Below, in pieces: positions 11,701-25,463 of a stretch of 64,000 nt of DNA. Origin of the DNA: Cycas panzhihuaensis (taxonomy: Eukaryota > Plantae > Cycadophyta); assembly GCA_023213395.1 (NCBI GenBank), contig CM041465.1:73973741-74037740 (forward strand). The letters are read 5' to 3'. The number at the start of each line of letters is the position of its first letter. Position 1 is the first letter of the stretch. The translations under genes were made by a program, and so were the position numbers. The notes beneath the pieces are model-generated. The model saw nothing but the letters and a program-made list of their open reading frames with translations. It ran no database searches and was not told the origin of the DNA.

Positions 11701-13200
11701 TTCCTTAAGTCATGGGTTCTTGGCCTTTAGGAGGGTTAACATAGTGATCAACCCATAAATTAAAGAAATACAAATAATAGTTAGAAGAATCAAAATCTTG
11801 GTGTTAGTGGCAATTATGATTCAACTCAATGGGAGATGAGGCTTAGGTAATGGAAGCTAGAGCATCCTTAGGCCCAAGATTGAATATAGAAAGTCCATAT
11901 GGCACATCCTAGGGTGATAAGTGAGGAAGATCACAAATGATATGATCATTATATAAGAAAGTGGAAGTGGATTCAATGTTAGAAATGAGAGTTGTTTGGG
12001 GAGGGTCAATTCTTATGACCATTAGACCGAGAAGATCCCAAACTTGGTGGATCATGTTAATGGTTCTTAGTGGGGGGCTAGATCAACACCCTCTCTTAAA
12101 GAGAGGTTATCCCAAAGCCATGTGAGGATTAAAGTAATGCGATGGGCTTGAGAACCAAGATATACTTAGTGTACCTGAGGTTATTAACTAGGTTGTATTG
12201 GTCAAATATTTGGCTACTTTAGGTCTCCAAGATTCTCCACATTTCATAAAGGTAGGTAATCATTGATGGGGAAGTCTAAGGATGAATGGGTTATAAGGTG
12301 GGTAGAGAAGAAGGTAGAGTCATGCATAGCAACTCAATAGTCTCCTTAGTAAAGTTAGGATGGTGGGACCAAGTCATTAGCCATGCTATGCAATCCAAAC
12401 TTATTCAAAGGGGGAGATCTTATGGGCTAGGGGAAGAGATGCACTAGTTATAGGATCCTCTATGGAGGCATCTTGTTACTCAAATAGAGAGGAAATTCTC
12501 TAAAAAGGGATAAATAAAGGGGGAACATCTTTGGGAGATGTAGTCCCTTGGGTATAAGAGATCATAGCCACCTCACATGTAGTGGGATCCTTGATGTTAG
12601 GGTTAGACTTAGGGTCACTAAGGGCTACAAGGTACCCATAGCTACCCACTCTAATAAGGTAAAGCAAACTATGTTCAGTCCTAAAGAAGGGGAGTCTTAA
12701 TTAAACTTAGGGATTGGATCTTAATAGAGAGACTCAAGCCATGGGTTATGTTCAACAACTTCTTCAACTTTAGCATTGAAGATAGACTAAATGATGATTT
12801 TGGATGAATGGGGAGGAGGCAACTCACATGCAATAATGCATAGCCTTATATTATAAACAAATTTTAATTTCCCCTATAAGGAGAAGTAGATTGTCTCTAT
12901 TTGATTTAACCATGGTCTTTCCAAAATGAGGTTGTAGTAAATGTTAATATCTATGACTATAATCTTAGTTTGGATGGTCTTATCCTTAAGGGTGAGAGGC
13001 ATGGTGACTATTCCTAAAGGGTCTTTCTTATTCCCATGATACCCTTGGAATTTCTAAAGGACTTATTTAAGGGACTTGATACCTAATTCTTTAAACATTA
13101 AGGTGAGCATGGCATTGACCCAAGACCCATTATCTACCACCATTCTTTTAAGGGCAAACTCCAAAGTCTCAATTGTAATGGTAAAGGGGGAGTTCCAAAG
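8724..13200 (-). pseudogene. pol: T1 pol (protease, RT, RNase H, integrase), many stops and frameshifts
   Basis: Protease VVDNGS ~13130; RT ~10500-11400; RNase H ~10100-10450; integrase WPFLQW...IEYFTKWV...SPYYP and GPF motif; stop TAA 8724-8726. Confidence 0.9.
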
Positions 13201-15489
13201 GTGTTTCCATTTATTTTAAGGTGGCAAGTGTTGTGGGTTAAATGCAATAATAGGTTGACCAATGGGTTTGATATAGATGATGTGAATGGGTACTTATTTA
13301 TGCCCTAAGGCTTCTAGAAGTAAACTTCTTTGGTTAGGGTAGCTCCATATGACATTTGTCATAAACATACTTATAGATATAGTTTGAAGCTCATTGATGA
13401 TTAAGAATATCTTCCCCTTACCAATAGATTTGGGAGGGGCTCTCTTTAGGTTATAATGACTTGGGAAAACATGAATGGTTTTTAGAAATAAAGGAATCTT
13501 ACTGGGTTGAGGTTCAACTGGTGGTTATTGGGAAGAGGAAGCCTTTTTATCATCTTTAGCTACCTAAGATCAGGTTGTGGCAAACATCTGAGTGGTTTTA
13601 AGTATTTGAATGACTCTTTTTTTCTTTATATTATAGCATTGAGTGGCCTCAAGAGACTCTTGATCTTTAGGATGTCAAAATTTTGGATAAGTCCGAGGGA
13701 AGTTATTAGCTTAATTTTAGGGTGATTTTGGAGGAGGCCTTCATTGAGGTTTGCGTTTCCCCCTTTCTTATTAAGTTTGAGGTTTAGTTTTAAGGCTTAG
13801 GATACTTGTGGTTTAGGAATGGGTCCTTGTGGTCTAACTATTCAAGATTAGGATTAGATACAAGTTACGCTAGAGGATCCCATGGGGGTATCGACTCAAG
13901 ATGTTGGGTCTTACGATGAGCATTATTATGAAAAGATTAATAATAGATTAAATATTATCTTTCCTCCTTAGGAGGAGTAGGTGTTTTCCTTTACTTAGGT
14001 AGAGGCTCAAGGTTGGTCTCCTTAGTTAGATGAGGGTTTTAAGTGGTTTGGTGAACAAGTACCTATGTGAGGGTGTAAAAGTTTCTTATTGGACTGGGTT
14101 GGCTATAACTTAAGATCATGTATAGTTTTCTTAAATGAATAAATGAAAAATATAAGAGAGTTTGTGGTTTTGTCATGGGTGTTGATAAGGGGTCTCAAAG
14201 CTTGTGAATAAGGACTAGGACCTGAGGGTGAATGGGGTGCCTCTCATCGTGGGGAAAACTTGTTAATCTTTTGGGTCCTTCCTCGATCTTGATGGAATTT
14301 AAGGTGAGACATTTGGTTATGGCAAAGTTATATATGATCACACCCATCTTAAGCACTTCCATATATATCTCGAGGTGAAGGGCATTCGTGAAGATATCAT
14401 ATTTTAGATCTTCAAGTAATGTAACTTTGGATGAATGTAATAGGTCATGGAAATAGAAGACAAAGTCTTGGTTGAGGTCATCCTAACCTTGTTCAAGAGA
14501 AATAAGGTCCTTATCCCTACTCTTGAAAGGGTATGAGATGTTAAATTAATTGATAAAGATATCTATTAACTACTTGAAGTAATAGATGGAATGAAGGGAA
14601 GGTGATATAACTATTTAAGAGCATCAACTTAGAGAGATTAAGGGAACAACTTCATTAGAATATGGTCATAAGGCCAAAACTCTATGTATGCCATGGTGAA
14701 TGGCTTAATATGGTCCTCAGGGTCTTAAGATAAAGTGCCATCAAACTTAGGTACTTTTAAAGGGTGGGGTAGTAGATTAGTTCAAAGCACCTCTAGAGAA
14801 AGAGTGTTAAGGAAACCTAGTTCTAAATAACTAAAACCAGCCACTAAGATCTATCTATTTTGTAATAAGAATAATATTTGAAACTATAACTAAGTGGAAG
14901 CACATAAACTAGAGATCATTCAACATACATACTAAAGCATATATATTACTAAGTATACCTGATATGACATGGCAAAACACTAGCAGAGTGTTAGGGAAAC
15001 ATCCACATAGGAAAGGTATCGATCTTTATTAGTTAAGAATGAAAGATTTATATATGTAGTCAGCACAAAATTCTCACAACAACAACAACTAATAATTATC
15101 TATTCATAATACGATGCAATACAATATAATTACCCTAAATCAGGTTACATAAGAAGGTACATCAATTGTAACTATTAGATGTAGGTCTTTTTGATGAATG
15201 GCCTATATCTGCTTTACAATTTAATAGGTTTTGAACCCTAACGTTTTGCTTTAGGGGCTACTGCCTTAATCCCCCACTTACAAGAGGGGGTTTTGGCACC
15301 CTCCATATCCCTTAGCCAAAGGGGGGATGCCACACCCCTTAGATTCTCTAAGGAAAAGTTAGTAGGGAAAACCACACTGAAAAAGGTCCAAAATTTTAGT
15401 CTCCTCATAGTTGTTATCACATATCCAATAATCTCCACCTTAATAATAATTTTACCTAATACCTTTCCTGAACCATTTATCACCTTTTC

Positions 15490-18400
15490 TATAAGTCAAG
15501 AGAATCCAAACACCATTTGAGCTTCTCTAGTAGTACTGGTTTAGTGAATATGTTTGCACAATTCTAGTTTGTATAAATCTTCTCAAGTGCTACTATACCT
15601 ACTTCAACAACCTATCTTGCAAAATGATATTTAACTACAATGTGTTTTATCTTATTATGATAAGTTAGATTTTTGGCTAAGTAAATGGTACTTTGATTAT
15701 CACAAAATATCTTTACCTTATTTTGTATCCTTCCAAGCTCACCAAATAGACCCTACAACTAAATTGCCTCATTATAAGCATGTGTTATAGTAATATACTT
15801 AGCTTTTACAGTGGACAAAATAATTAAGCTTTGAAGTTTAGACATCTAACTATCTAGACTATTTGTAAGAGTAAACATATAACCTAAAGTTAATCTCATT
15901 TTATTCAAGTCCCCTGTAAAATTTGAATTTACACATCTATAAACCGAATTACTTATACCACTAAAAGTGATGAAATAGTCACTTGTATCTCTTAAATACC
16001 AAATCACCCATTTTATTGCCACTCAATGCTCTTTACTTGTATTTGTCATATATTTACTAACCACATCGACTACATGTGAAATATTAGGTTTTGTACATAC
16101 CATGGTATATATTAAGCTTCCTACTACATTAGCATAAGGTATACAAGACATATATTCTTTTTCTTTTGTAGAACTAGAACTCAAATATGAAGAAAGCTTA
16201 AACTGAGAATCAAACATGATACTAGTAAGTTTCACATTCGTCATCCCAAATCTAGTTAATATCTTCTCCACATATTTCTATTATAATAACCAAATCTTAC
16301 CATTCTTCCAATCTTTATGTATCTCCATGCCTAAGATGTTTTACTATTCTAAAATCCTTCATATCAAATGTCCTAGCCAATTAAGCCTTCAACTTGTTAA
16401 TTTCTACCATACTTTTAATTGCCACAAGCATGTCATCAATATATAATACCAAAATGATAAATAAACCATTATATAAGGTTTTAAAATAAACACAATGGTC
16501 ATACTCACTTCATTTAAAATTATGGTCCTCTATAAACAAATCAAACTTCTTGTACCATTGCTTGGGTGATTGCTTTAGGCCATATAAAGATTTTCTGAGC
16601 CTACAAACAAGTCTATTTTTACCATCCTGTATAAAACCTTTAGGATATTCTATATATATTTCCTCTTCTAAATCTCCATGTAAAAATCCTATTTTAACAT
16701 ATAATTGCTCCATCTCTAAATCAAGTAAAGCCACTAATCTTAACAAAACTTAAATAGAAATAAACTTAATGATTGGTGAGAAGATTTCAGAGAAATCTAT
16801 ACCTGTTTTTTGTACAAAACCTTTTGCCACCAATCTTGCCCTGTATCTATCAACTTTCCTATTAACATCTATTTTCCTTTTGTAGATCCACCTACGACTA
16901 ATAGATTTCCTACCTTGTGGAATTTCTACTAGGTCCCATAACTTATTCTTCTCCAAGGCATCCATTTGTTCATGCATAACTCTTATCCATTTTGCATTAT
17001 GCACATCATTCATTACTTCTTGATAATAAGTAGGTTCTCGATCATTAGAAATTAAAATAATAGAACTAGTTGGACTGTACCTTTTAGGAGGATGCCTTAC
17101 CTATGTAGATCTTCTTAGATATGGCTGATAAGTATCCTCATATTCTTGTATTGCTTTTATAGTTTTTTCAATAGAAAACTCTTCTTTCTTTTCTACTTCT
17201 AAAGATGTTTACATTTCAAACTTTACCTGTTAATGTTCAATTTTTTGTTCTTGTTTTATTTCAACTTCTATAATATTTGATTTTAGAATAGGATATTCAT
17301 CAAATATCACATCTCTATTGATGATGATTTTGTAGTTAGTAAGATCCCATAACCTATATCCCTTAGCTCCATCCTTATCATCATATCCAACTAAGATGTA
17401 TCTCTTGGATTTTGGGTCTAATTTAGTACACTTACTTTTATTAGTCAAAGCATAAGCATCACAACCAAATATTTTCAAATTTGAATAATCACATGGATGT
17501 CCATACCTCTTTAGGAATTTTGCATTCTGTTGTAACTGATGGTGATCTATTTACCAAATAACAAGTTGTTTAAACTGCTTCTGCCCATAAGCCCTACTCC
17601 ATGCTTATATTATTGAGCATACTTCTTACTCCTTCTAAAAGAGTTTTGTTTATGTATTTTATAGTGCCATTCTACTACAGAGTATAACTTATAGTCCTAT
17701 ATCTTTCAATCCTTGATTTTCTGTAATAGTTTTCAAACTCTAAAGAATTGAACTCATCTCCATTATCTATTTGTAAGCATTTGATTAACCTGCATGTGCT
17801 CTTTTCAACCAAAACTTTAAACTATTTAAACACACTAAATACTTTAGACATTCTTTTTAAAAAATAGACCACACCTTCCTGGAGCAGTCATCTGTGAATG
17901 TAACAAAATATAGTACCCTCTACAAGATATCATAGGGGCTGGTCCCATACATCTAAATAGGCATAATCTAGAGTACCTTTACTTATGTGACTCCTTATAT
18001 TAAATCTAAGTCTATATTACTTTCTAAAGACACAATGTTTATAAAATGTCAAATCTAAAAGCTTCAAGTTAAGAAGTAACTTACAGTTCATTAGCTCTTT
18101 CAGTCCTTTCTCACTCATGTGCCCCAACCTTTGATGCCATAACTGAGTAGAATCTTCTACTGTCTTTGATATTTCAACTACTTGACTAATTTCTATATTT
18201 CCCAACAGAGTATAAGGTTTCCATTCTTTAAATCCTTTATTACAGCTAAGGCACCCTTTTATACTTTTATAACTCCTCTATGACCTATGTACTTGTAGCC
18301 ATTGGAATCTAATTTACCCAAAGAAATTAGGTTTCTTTTAAGTTTTGGTACATCTCTTACTTCTGCCAAGGTTGTTAGTACACCATTGAACATCTTAATC

Positions 18401-20013
18401 ATGATGCTACTAATCCTAACAATTTTATAGGAAATATCATTTCCCATAAGAACATCACCACTATTAAGAGGTTGGTACAAAGAAAACCAACTCTTGTATG
18501 GACACATGTGGTGTAAAGCACCTGAATCTAATAGCCAATCATGATAATAATGAGAAACATTACATGCAATTAAGACATCATCATTTGTAGCTTGACTTGA
18601 TTCTGCTTGATTTGCCTCCTTGGTAGGGTCTTCCTTCTTTTGTGTTGGGTAATATGACAATAATGGTTGGAGGCTTAAATTTTGGCATGTTGGCAGTGCA
18701 GTTTCCCCCCCGGCCTTCCTTGGGGCATTCCAAGGGGGTGTAGAACACCCCCTTCTAAGAGGGGGTTCAGGGGCGATAGCCCCCAACCCAAAAAATTAGC
18801 ACTGGAAACTATATTAAATTATAAAGAGAATCAGGGTCATTCGATAAAAATACTCTAGATTCTATGGTCCAGATTTGTGCCTTGTATGACTCTCTCATAT
18901 AGCCCATTTTAGGGCATATTTCATTATGTTAAGGTTGTTCAATGTACTGTGAGGAGTTAGGGTGACTGGTTGTTGTTGCTATGAGCACTCTACTGCAGGA
19001 TTATGTACATTTTCTCCATTTTGTGACAATAAAGATTGATACCTTTCCTGTGTGGATGTTTCCCTAACTCACTACTAGGGTTTTACCATGTTATATTAGG
19101 TGTATTTGTGTTCTTGGATTTCTTGTTCAGTCTATTTGTTTTATCTCTGGTTTTAAAACTTGCATGTAATTTTTAGTTTCAATTTCTATAACTAGTTGCA
19201 AGAATAGTTTAGATCTTGGTAGTGGTTCAAGGGTTGGGACCTTGTCTTCTCAACATTCTAGAACTCCTTCCTCTTCTAACAGTCCTTCTTGAGGTGTCCT
19301 ATCTTATTGCAATGCCAACATCTCAACTTATCCTTCTTGCCTTTTGAATTCAATCTTAATGTATTTCTAGAACTTTGTCCTCTCTCCATGGATCTACCTC
19401 TTACTGTCATAACTTGTAGTGTGGAGGTTTCTAAACTAGAATTTCTACTCATCTCTTTAATCAACAAGGCACTTATAATAGAGTCATAGTCTAGTTCATT
19501 AGTAATACTAAATCTAGTGGAGGTGATAATGTTATCGTAGGATTCAGGTAATTAACATAATAAGGTTACTGCCTTATCTTCATCCTCTAACTTTATACCA
19601 ATACTAGCCAATTGACATATAAGAGTGTTAAAGACATTTAAATGATTAGGAATTTTATTACCTTCCTTCATTCAAAATGAATATAGTTATTTCTTTAAGT
19701 AGATGTGATTAGTCATATACTTTGTCATGTACATGCTTTCTAACTTTGTCCATAATCTTGCTGTTGATTTTTTATCTATAATGTTAAATAGAACTTCATC
19801 TGCCAAGTATAAATATATTGTGCTAAAAGATCTTTTGTCCATTTCCTCCTATTCTTCATCATCCATTCCCAAGTATTTCTTTAACTTTCCTTCTAAGGTT
19901 CTATATAATCCTTGTTGCACTAGAACATCATATGCTTTGAGCTTCCACAAGTCAAAGTTATTTTTCTTGTTGAACTTCTCAACCTCAAACTTTACATTCG
20001 TTACTTTTTCCAT
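15490..20013 (-). pseudogene. gag-pol: C5 gag-pol remnant
   Basis: MEKVTNVKFEVEKFN...; zinc knuckle CWHCNKIGHLKKDC; protease WLLDSGA; LWHQRLGHMSE; GYRLWD; RT RYRARLVAKGF and LYGLKQSPKQW (ORF-track fragments). Confidence 0.95.
18643..19255 (+). mobile_element. Solo LTR (613 bp) of a C5-related copia family, opposite orientation, between the C5 zinc knuckle and protease
   Basis: TGTTG...CAACA termini; flanks TTTTG/TTCTA (decayed TTCTG TSD); gtggatgtttccctaac...gttttaccatg matches the reverse complement of the C5 LTR. Confidence 0.85.
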
Positions 20014-21762
20014 TTGATATAAAATGAACCAATACCAAACCCTTCATACACTTGCTATAAAATATGAGTATCTTTGATATCATTTATTAAGGAAACCTGG
20101 TTCTAAATAACCAAAACTAGCCACCAAAATCTATCTATTTTGTAACAAGAATAATATTCGAAACTATAATTAAGTATAAGTACATAAACTAGAGATCATT
20201 CAACAAACACATTAAAGAATATATATTACCAAGTACACCAAATGTAATATGCTAAAACCCTAGTAGAGTGCTAGGGAAACATCCATATAAGAAAGATATC
20301 AATCTTTATTAGTTAAGAATGAAAGATTTGTATATGTAATCACTACAAAATTCTCATAGTAGTAACAACCAATAGTCACCTACTCATAATACAATGCAAT
20401 ATAATATAATGCAATATAATTATCCTAAATTAGGTTATATAAGGAGGTACATCAATTGTAACCATCAGATCTAGGTCCTTTTGATGAATGACCTAGATTC
20501 TCTTTATAATTTGATAGGTTTTAAACCCTAACTTTTTTCTTTAGGGGTTGTCACCCCTGAGCCCCTACTTGTGGGGGGGGGGGGGGGGGGTTCCAATGCC
20601 TCCCATATCCCCCAGCCAAGGGGGGATGCCGGCCTCTTTGGATCCCTCAGAGGAAAAGTTGGTGGGGAAAATTTTATAATTAGCCTCCTTATAATTATTG
20701 TTACATATCCAATAAAGAGGACTAATATGATAATCAATAAAGGGATATATCCCAAGTTGAGCTAAAGGATTGATTGGTGGAAATATTAGTTAGGTTTAAT
20801 ATGGGATGGAAGATTTGGCCCTACCATAGGGAGTATGCCCTTATTGATAGGGTTGAAAAGGAGGGACAAGTTGGGAAATACTCCCAGCTTAATAGGAAGT
20901 TACCATTTGGGTATAAGGGTTAGCCATATGTGGCATGGGACCTTAATAAGTAGAGGCACCATAGGGATGAAATTAGCTAAGTGGGGATTGAAAAGTTTAT
21001 TTAGGGACTCCCCCTTATGCAAATATTCCCTAAGGAACAATAGCATAAGATAGAGTCAATATTAGATGAAGTTGAGCTTAGTAAGCATGTCTAGGTTAGG
21101 GCCCAACAACTTGATAATATGAAGGACCCTAGTGGTCTCCTATAGGAGGAAATTAGTAAGGTAGAACTAGATGGGATGAGGGGTAAGGAACTAGTTTTAT
21201 CTATATGGGCCTCTAATTAGAGAGTAAACTCAATATAGATGAAGGGAATCAACCCCAAAATGAACTTAGGGCAAGGCCCACCTTGCCCTTATTATTGAGT
21301 AGTGCACCTGGGTGGGATGAAAGTGGAATGCACAGATTGATGGTTAGGTTGGGCAAGGCATAGGATAGGCTTAGGTATGATGTAAGGCCCTATGGGTTAA
21401 GACAAGGGTTTAAGCATAAGATAAGGTGAAAATAAAGTGAGAGAGGATGTGGATCACATCCTCATAAGCTAAGGGATCGAGGTGAGGAGCCCACTTATTA
21501 TAAGAACAAGTGGGATTGAATGAGGAATTAGTTAGGTAGGAGGAGAAAGACGTACCACTAAAGAGAAAGTTACAAATAAGGTTGTTATTAGCAAGGGTTG
21601 AGTAGGAGAGGGGGCAAGTTATGAAGCTACCCCCTATAAAGTAACCTTTGGTTATAAAACCACTTATTGTTAGGATGGTAGAATGTAGGGATTTGGGCTT
21701 ACACTAATCTCAAATAAGCAACAAGCCTAATTAAGGGTAAAATTTACTAAATAGCATTTAAA

Positions 21763-22224
21763 TTAGGCCTTTAAGGCTATCACAATATCTAATGGATTCT
21801 TCAAGATTTAGGATAAGTCAAGGAAGGCTTTAGTCCCCCCGAGTTGATCAAATGGGTATATACAAACTATAGCGCCAAGGTCAATCGAGGCATTATAGGG
21901 TTAAGCAATCCCAATAATATATGTGAGGTAATCAATAGGACTCTCGTAGGCAAGGTCTAGCTTATATAGAGTGTAGGATAAACTTATCCAGTTAGGGAAG
22001 GGTATATGAGGGTTAAAGGGATTGATGTCATGTGACTAGGGATCTTAACTCACATAAAGATCTTAAGGTTGATAAGGAGGTTGGTTTTGGAAAGGGTTAA
22101 TAGACCAATGAGGTCAAGGTTAGTCTACCATCAAGGGATGCTTAACATGTAAGGGATTCAAAGATGTGGTTAAGAATAAATTAGAAGAGGGGAGGCCTTA
22201 CAACGATTAAGAAAATTGAAGCAT
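21763..22224 (-). pseudogene. T1 candidate extra ORF upstream of gag (154 codons; Ogre ORF1-like position)
   Basis: ATG 22224 to TAA 21763 in one frame: ...HDINPFNPHIPFPNWISLSYTLYKLDLAYESPIDYLTYIIGIA*PYNASIDLGAIVCIYPFDQLGGTKAFLDLS*ILKNPLDIVIALKA*. Confidence 0.5.
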
Positions 22225-22899
22225 GTGGGAGTTGCCCAAGAAGAACAAAAGGTAACCAACAAGTGAATGTGTACTTACACCCTAAATTAGCACCAAGGGA
22301 GTGAGGGATACTCATAAAAGAAAGGTGTACTAATCAAGAATGTCATCCTAAGGTGTAAGGTCTATTTAAATTAAAAGGTAGAATCAATGATATATTGCTA
22401 ACTCTAGTTGGTGAGCCCTTAATATGTTCACCAATGAACATTGGTACATTGGAGGGGAGGTACCAATACATAGCTTTATTATGGATCCAAGAGTAAAAGG
22501 ATCCAAACCAAAGAAGGAATGAACTTATGGCTCTTGTAAGGTACTTATGTATATCATGGACACAAGTATAAGGATGAAAGAGAACTAATCTAGACTAGGG
22601 ACAATGTGTAATATGTGTGCAAAAGTGAGTGGGAAAGAGCTTAAGAGAAAGTGACTAATCACTAACTAGAAAGCTAGTAATACAAGAAGGTACATGATAA
22701 GGTAAACATGCATAAAATCAAAAGATGAGCTACTAACTAATTGAAAGCATAGAGATAAAATTAATCTATTTAATAATAAGTACCTTTAGAGGGACCAAAC
22801 AACATCTAAGCAAAGAGGCCCTTAGGTTTCAAGCATTTTACTAAGGCATATATATCCTAAATGAAGTCATATATATATGCATAACCTACATAACTAACC

Positions 22900-25463
22900 T
22901 ACCTAAGGTATACTATCCTACCCTATCCTTGACTCTTAAATAATTCTAAAATGATAGATTTAATCTAGAAGAATGAAGAAGGGATTGACTAGAGTAAGAG
23001 GCCTAAAAGAGTTAGGACCATAGGATGTATTTGCTCATGGATAAGATGGTGTTGACTTGTCAATATCAATAACCCACCTCATAATAAGTGGGAGGTAGCC
23101 TAAAAACACTTACATCTAATTCTAATAAGCCTTGAGTTCTAAAGAGCTGAAAAAATAGAGGACCCTACTCTTAATAGGATGAATGGAGCTCACTTGGCTA
23201 TCAACATCTTATGCATGAGTATGGGTTAAGGATAGATACCCTCTACTAGACTGTTCAAAAAATGAATATAGAAGATTTAAACCACCTAAAGGCACAATAC
23301 CACCTCTCTTATCTAGTGATAAAATCTAAATAAAAAGTTAGTGGTTTCCTCTCTTTAGTAGGAGAAGGATCCTATCTTAAAAGAAGACTATAAGAAGTAA
23401 ACAATGGTATCTTAAGATATAACTAGTATGCACTTCGATTTAAATGAAACTAAAAAATAATCATAGTATATAAAAATCCTTTTAGCCTCAGGATTTGAAT
23501 ACTCATAATAAGTGTGAACCTCCACTCCATTATGCCATTACTGAATGCACAAACATAAACAAGATGCAATGCAAGGTAACGATATAAGTTTGTTCTTTTT
23601 TTGTCTTTTTATTATTTTTTAAAACTATTTTTCTTTTGTGAGATGGAAATGGGAGGGTAAGCAAGTATGATATACATACATACACAAGCCTTTGTTTCTC
23701 TCTTTTTTTTTGATATAAAATTAGAGATTATGATGCACCTTTAACCTTTTTTCTTTTGGAAACATAATCTATAAAGGAGGGTTCAAAGAGGGAAATACCT
23801 AAAGCTTTATTTAGCCCTTTATCATACAACTTAATTTCCTATTAATGTTAAATTTGCTAAAGTCAATAGATAAGGTTAAGTGGCATGTGTATCCAATCAT
23901 ACTTCCTAGAAAAAATTTGGAAACATCTCTACTTGCTAGATTAACTTATGATAGGAACACAATTACAAGGAACTCTTAAAAGTGGTAACAAAGCAATTAA
24001 AAACAAGTTTGTTACTAGTACCTTTTTAGTGATTTTAAAGAAATTTGGGTAGAATTTTAGCTGCCTAAAAGGCACTGAGGTCATACAAAAAGGTAAGAGA
24101 AAGAGAGTATTTCTCCACTTTATGCTCTAAATCTCTACACTTATAAAATAAGCTAACGAGAGCACTCCTCTACCTATACCTTAGATCCCATACCTATATT
24201 ATAATTTGAATGATTTAAAAACAACACTAACTAAGATAGAATTTAGACTTTTTAATGAACTAAAGAGGAAAATAAATGAGGTCTCAAAATTGGTAGGTTT
24301 TCTACCACATTCAGAGCTTGGAGAGTGTTACTGAGCCTCTCTTTCCCTCTTGCCAAACACTTCCAATAGTAGTAAAGTGAATTAAACAAGTAAGAAAGGC
24401 ATCAAATGAAATAACAAACTCATTAGAAAATGAAAATAAAATAAACAAGTGAAAAAGCAAAAGGGAGACAAAGTAAAACTAAAGTGGATGGGGAGATGTC
24501 CCAACTCTTGAGCCAAATAGATGGCTCTTGGTAAATTCTTCAACTTAAGGGATCTCCAACTCCAAATTATTTCTAATCTCCAAAAGTAAATAGAAGCCAA
24601 AGAGAAAGATAAAATAAACTAAAAATCTATGAGAGATCTAATAGAAATTTGGCAATATAATAACATATTAACTTGGCCTCCCTATTTTAAGAAATGGGAA
24701 GTTGATTTATAGATGTTGAAAGATGAAGGAAAATAGTATTGGGCTAATGGTTGGAATCAAACCATGGGCAAATTACCCATGAATTTGGATCAAAATCAAT
24801 GATAGGCCATTAATAAGTAGGTTATTAGAAAGGAAACAATAGATTCACTAAGATTTTTAACAACATTAGTGTCATAAATATATTTAAGATAATTAATTAT
24901 GCACTAAATACATATGGGATTTTTTTTATTTGACTTATTATCATCCTACAAACTTTTGAGTAGTACCATAAAGTTTGAAGCTTTGCAATATCATGGCGAA
25001 CATCATGATACCACTAAATTCTTCAAAGACAAAAAATAGAGCAAGACAAATACTTTTTAGCATGAGACAATAAAAAACTAGAGTGGGATAGGCAATGATC
25101 ATAATAGGACATATGAAAATAAGTTAAACCAAGGTAGTTTTGATAATAAAAACATATAATGGAGTAACACAAACATGTAAATACCATAATCAAAGGAAAA
25201 AAAAAGGACAAAAAGTGCTTGTAAGAGTACTTAGAAGCCATTATGTAACCCAACTAGATCAAGTGGATAACTTATTTTACCATTGACCAAGGTTAGACTT
25301 TTCATTAATTGAAAGCACACATACCCATCTGCCAAGACAATAAACAAACATTAGTACATATGCACATAAGAAGTTGATGACTAAATCGAAATAAAAAAGA
25401 GAAGCATGTACCTTCACTTACTTATACTAGGATAAATATGGACTTCCTAGGTTATGGAAAACA
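22900..25463 (-). repeat. T1 5' LTR (left boundary unresolved, may extend to ~22435)
   Basis: Matches 1-2584. Minus-strand TATA ctataaat at 24705-24712 (tttataaat ~1830 in the other copy). No convincing PBS found. Confidence 0.8.
24705..24712 (-). promoter_or_regulatory. Putative TATA box of the T1 LTR
   Basis: ctataaat on the minus strand, present at the same position in the other LTR (~1830). Confidence 0.5.

Larger units (their letters stand above)
14805..20714 (-). mobile_element. C5: Ty1/copia (Tnt1/Tork-like) LTR retrotransposon inserted in T1 gag
   Basis: LTRs 14805-15430 and 20085-20714; perfect TSD AAGAG (14800-14804 / 20715-20719); decayed Met PBS 20071-20082; PPT AAGGTGGAGAT 15431-15441. 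Confidence 0.95.
13200..21600 (-). pseudogene. gag: T1 gag, interrupted by C5 (14805-20714)
   Basis: Gag core motif PKFDG...DPEDHIKPF at ~14700-14760. Pro-rich N-terminal part at 20720-21600. Start codon not resolved. Confidence 0.65.
1..25463 (-). mobile_element. T1: Ty3/gypsy non-chromovirus (Tat/Ogre-like) LTR retrotransposon, degenerate; 3' LTR runs off the window start
   Basis: Diverged direct repeats at 1-2584 and ~22900-25463, both ending ...AACA on + (TGTT on -). Minus-strand order is gag (PKFDG..DPEDHIKPF), protease (VVDNGS), RT, RNase H (W.ILLQEYDL), integrase (KFYPKWVGPF...FLKNFYS*). Confidence 0.9.

Noticed and set aside
18259-18786. 175-aa ORF with an apparently novel N-terminus
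   Set aside because: Chimera of solo-LTR sequence read into the C5 protease.
22410-22445. Possible T1 PBS (tggtgaacatattaagggctc on minus)
   Set aside because: Too decayed to assign to a tRNA, and the matching LTR end is outside the window.
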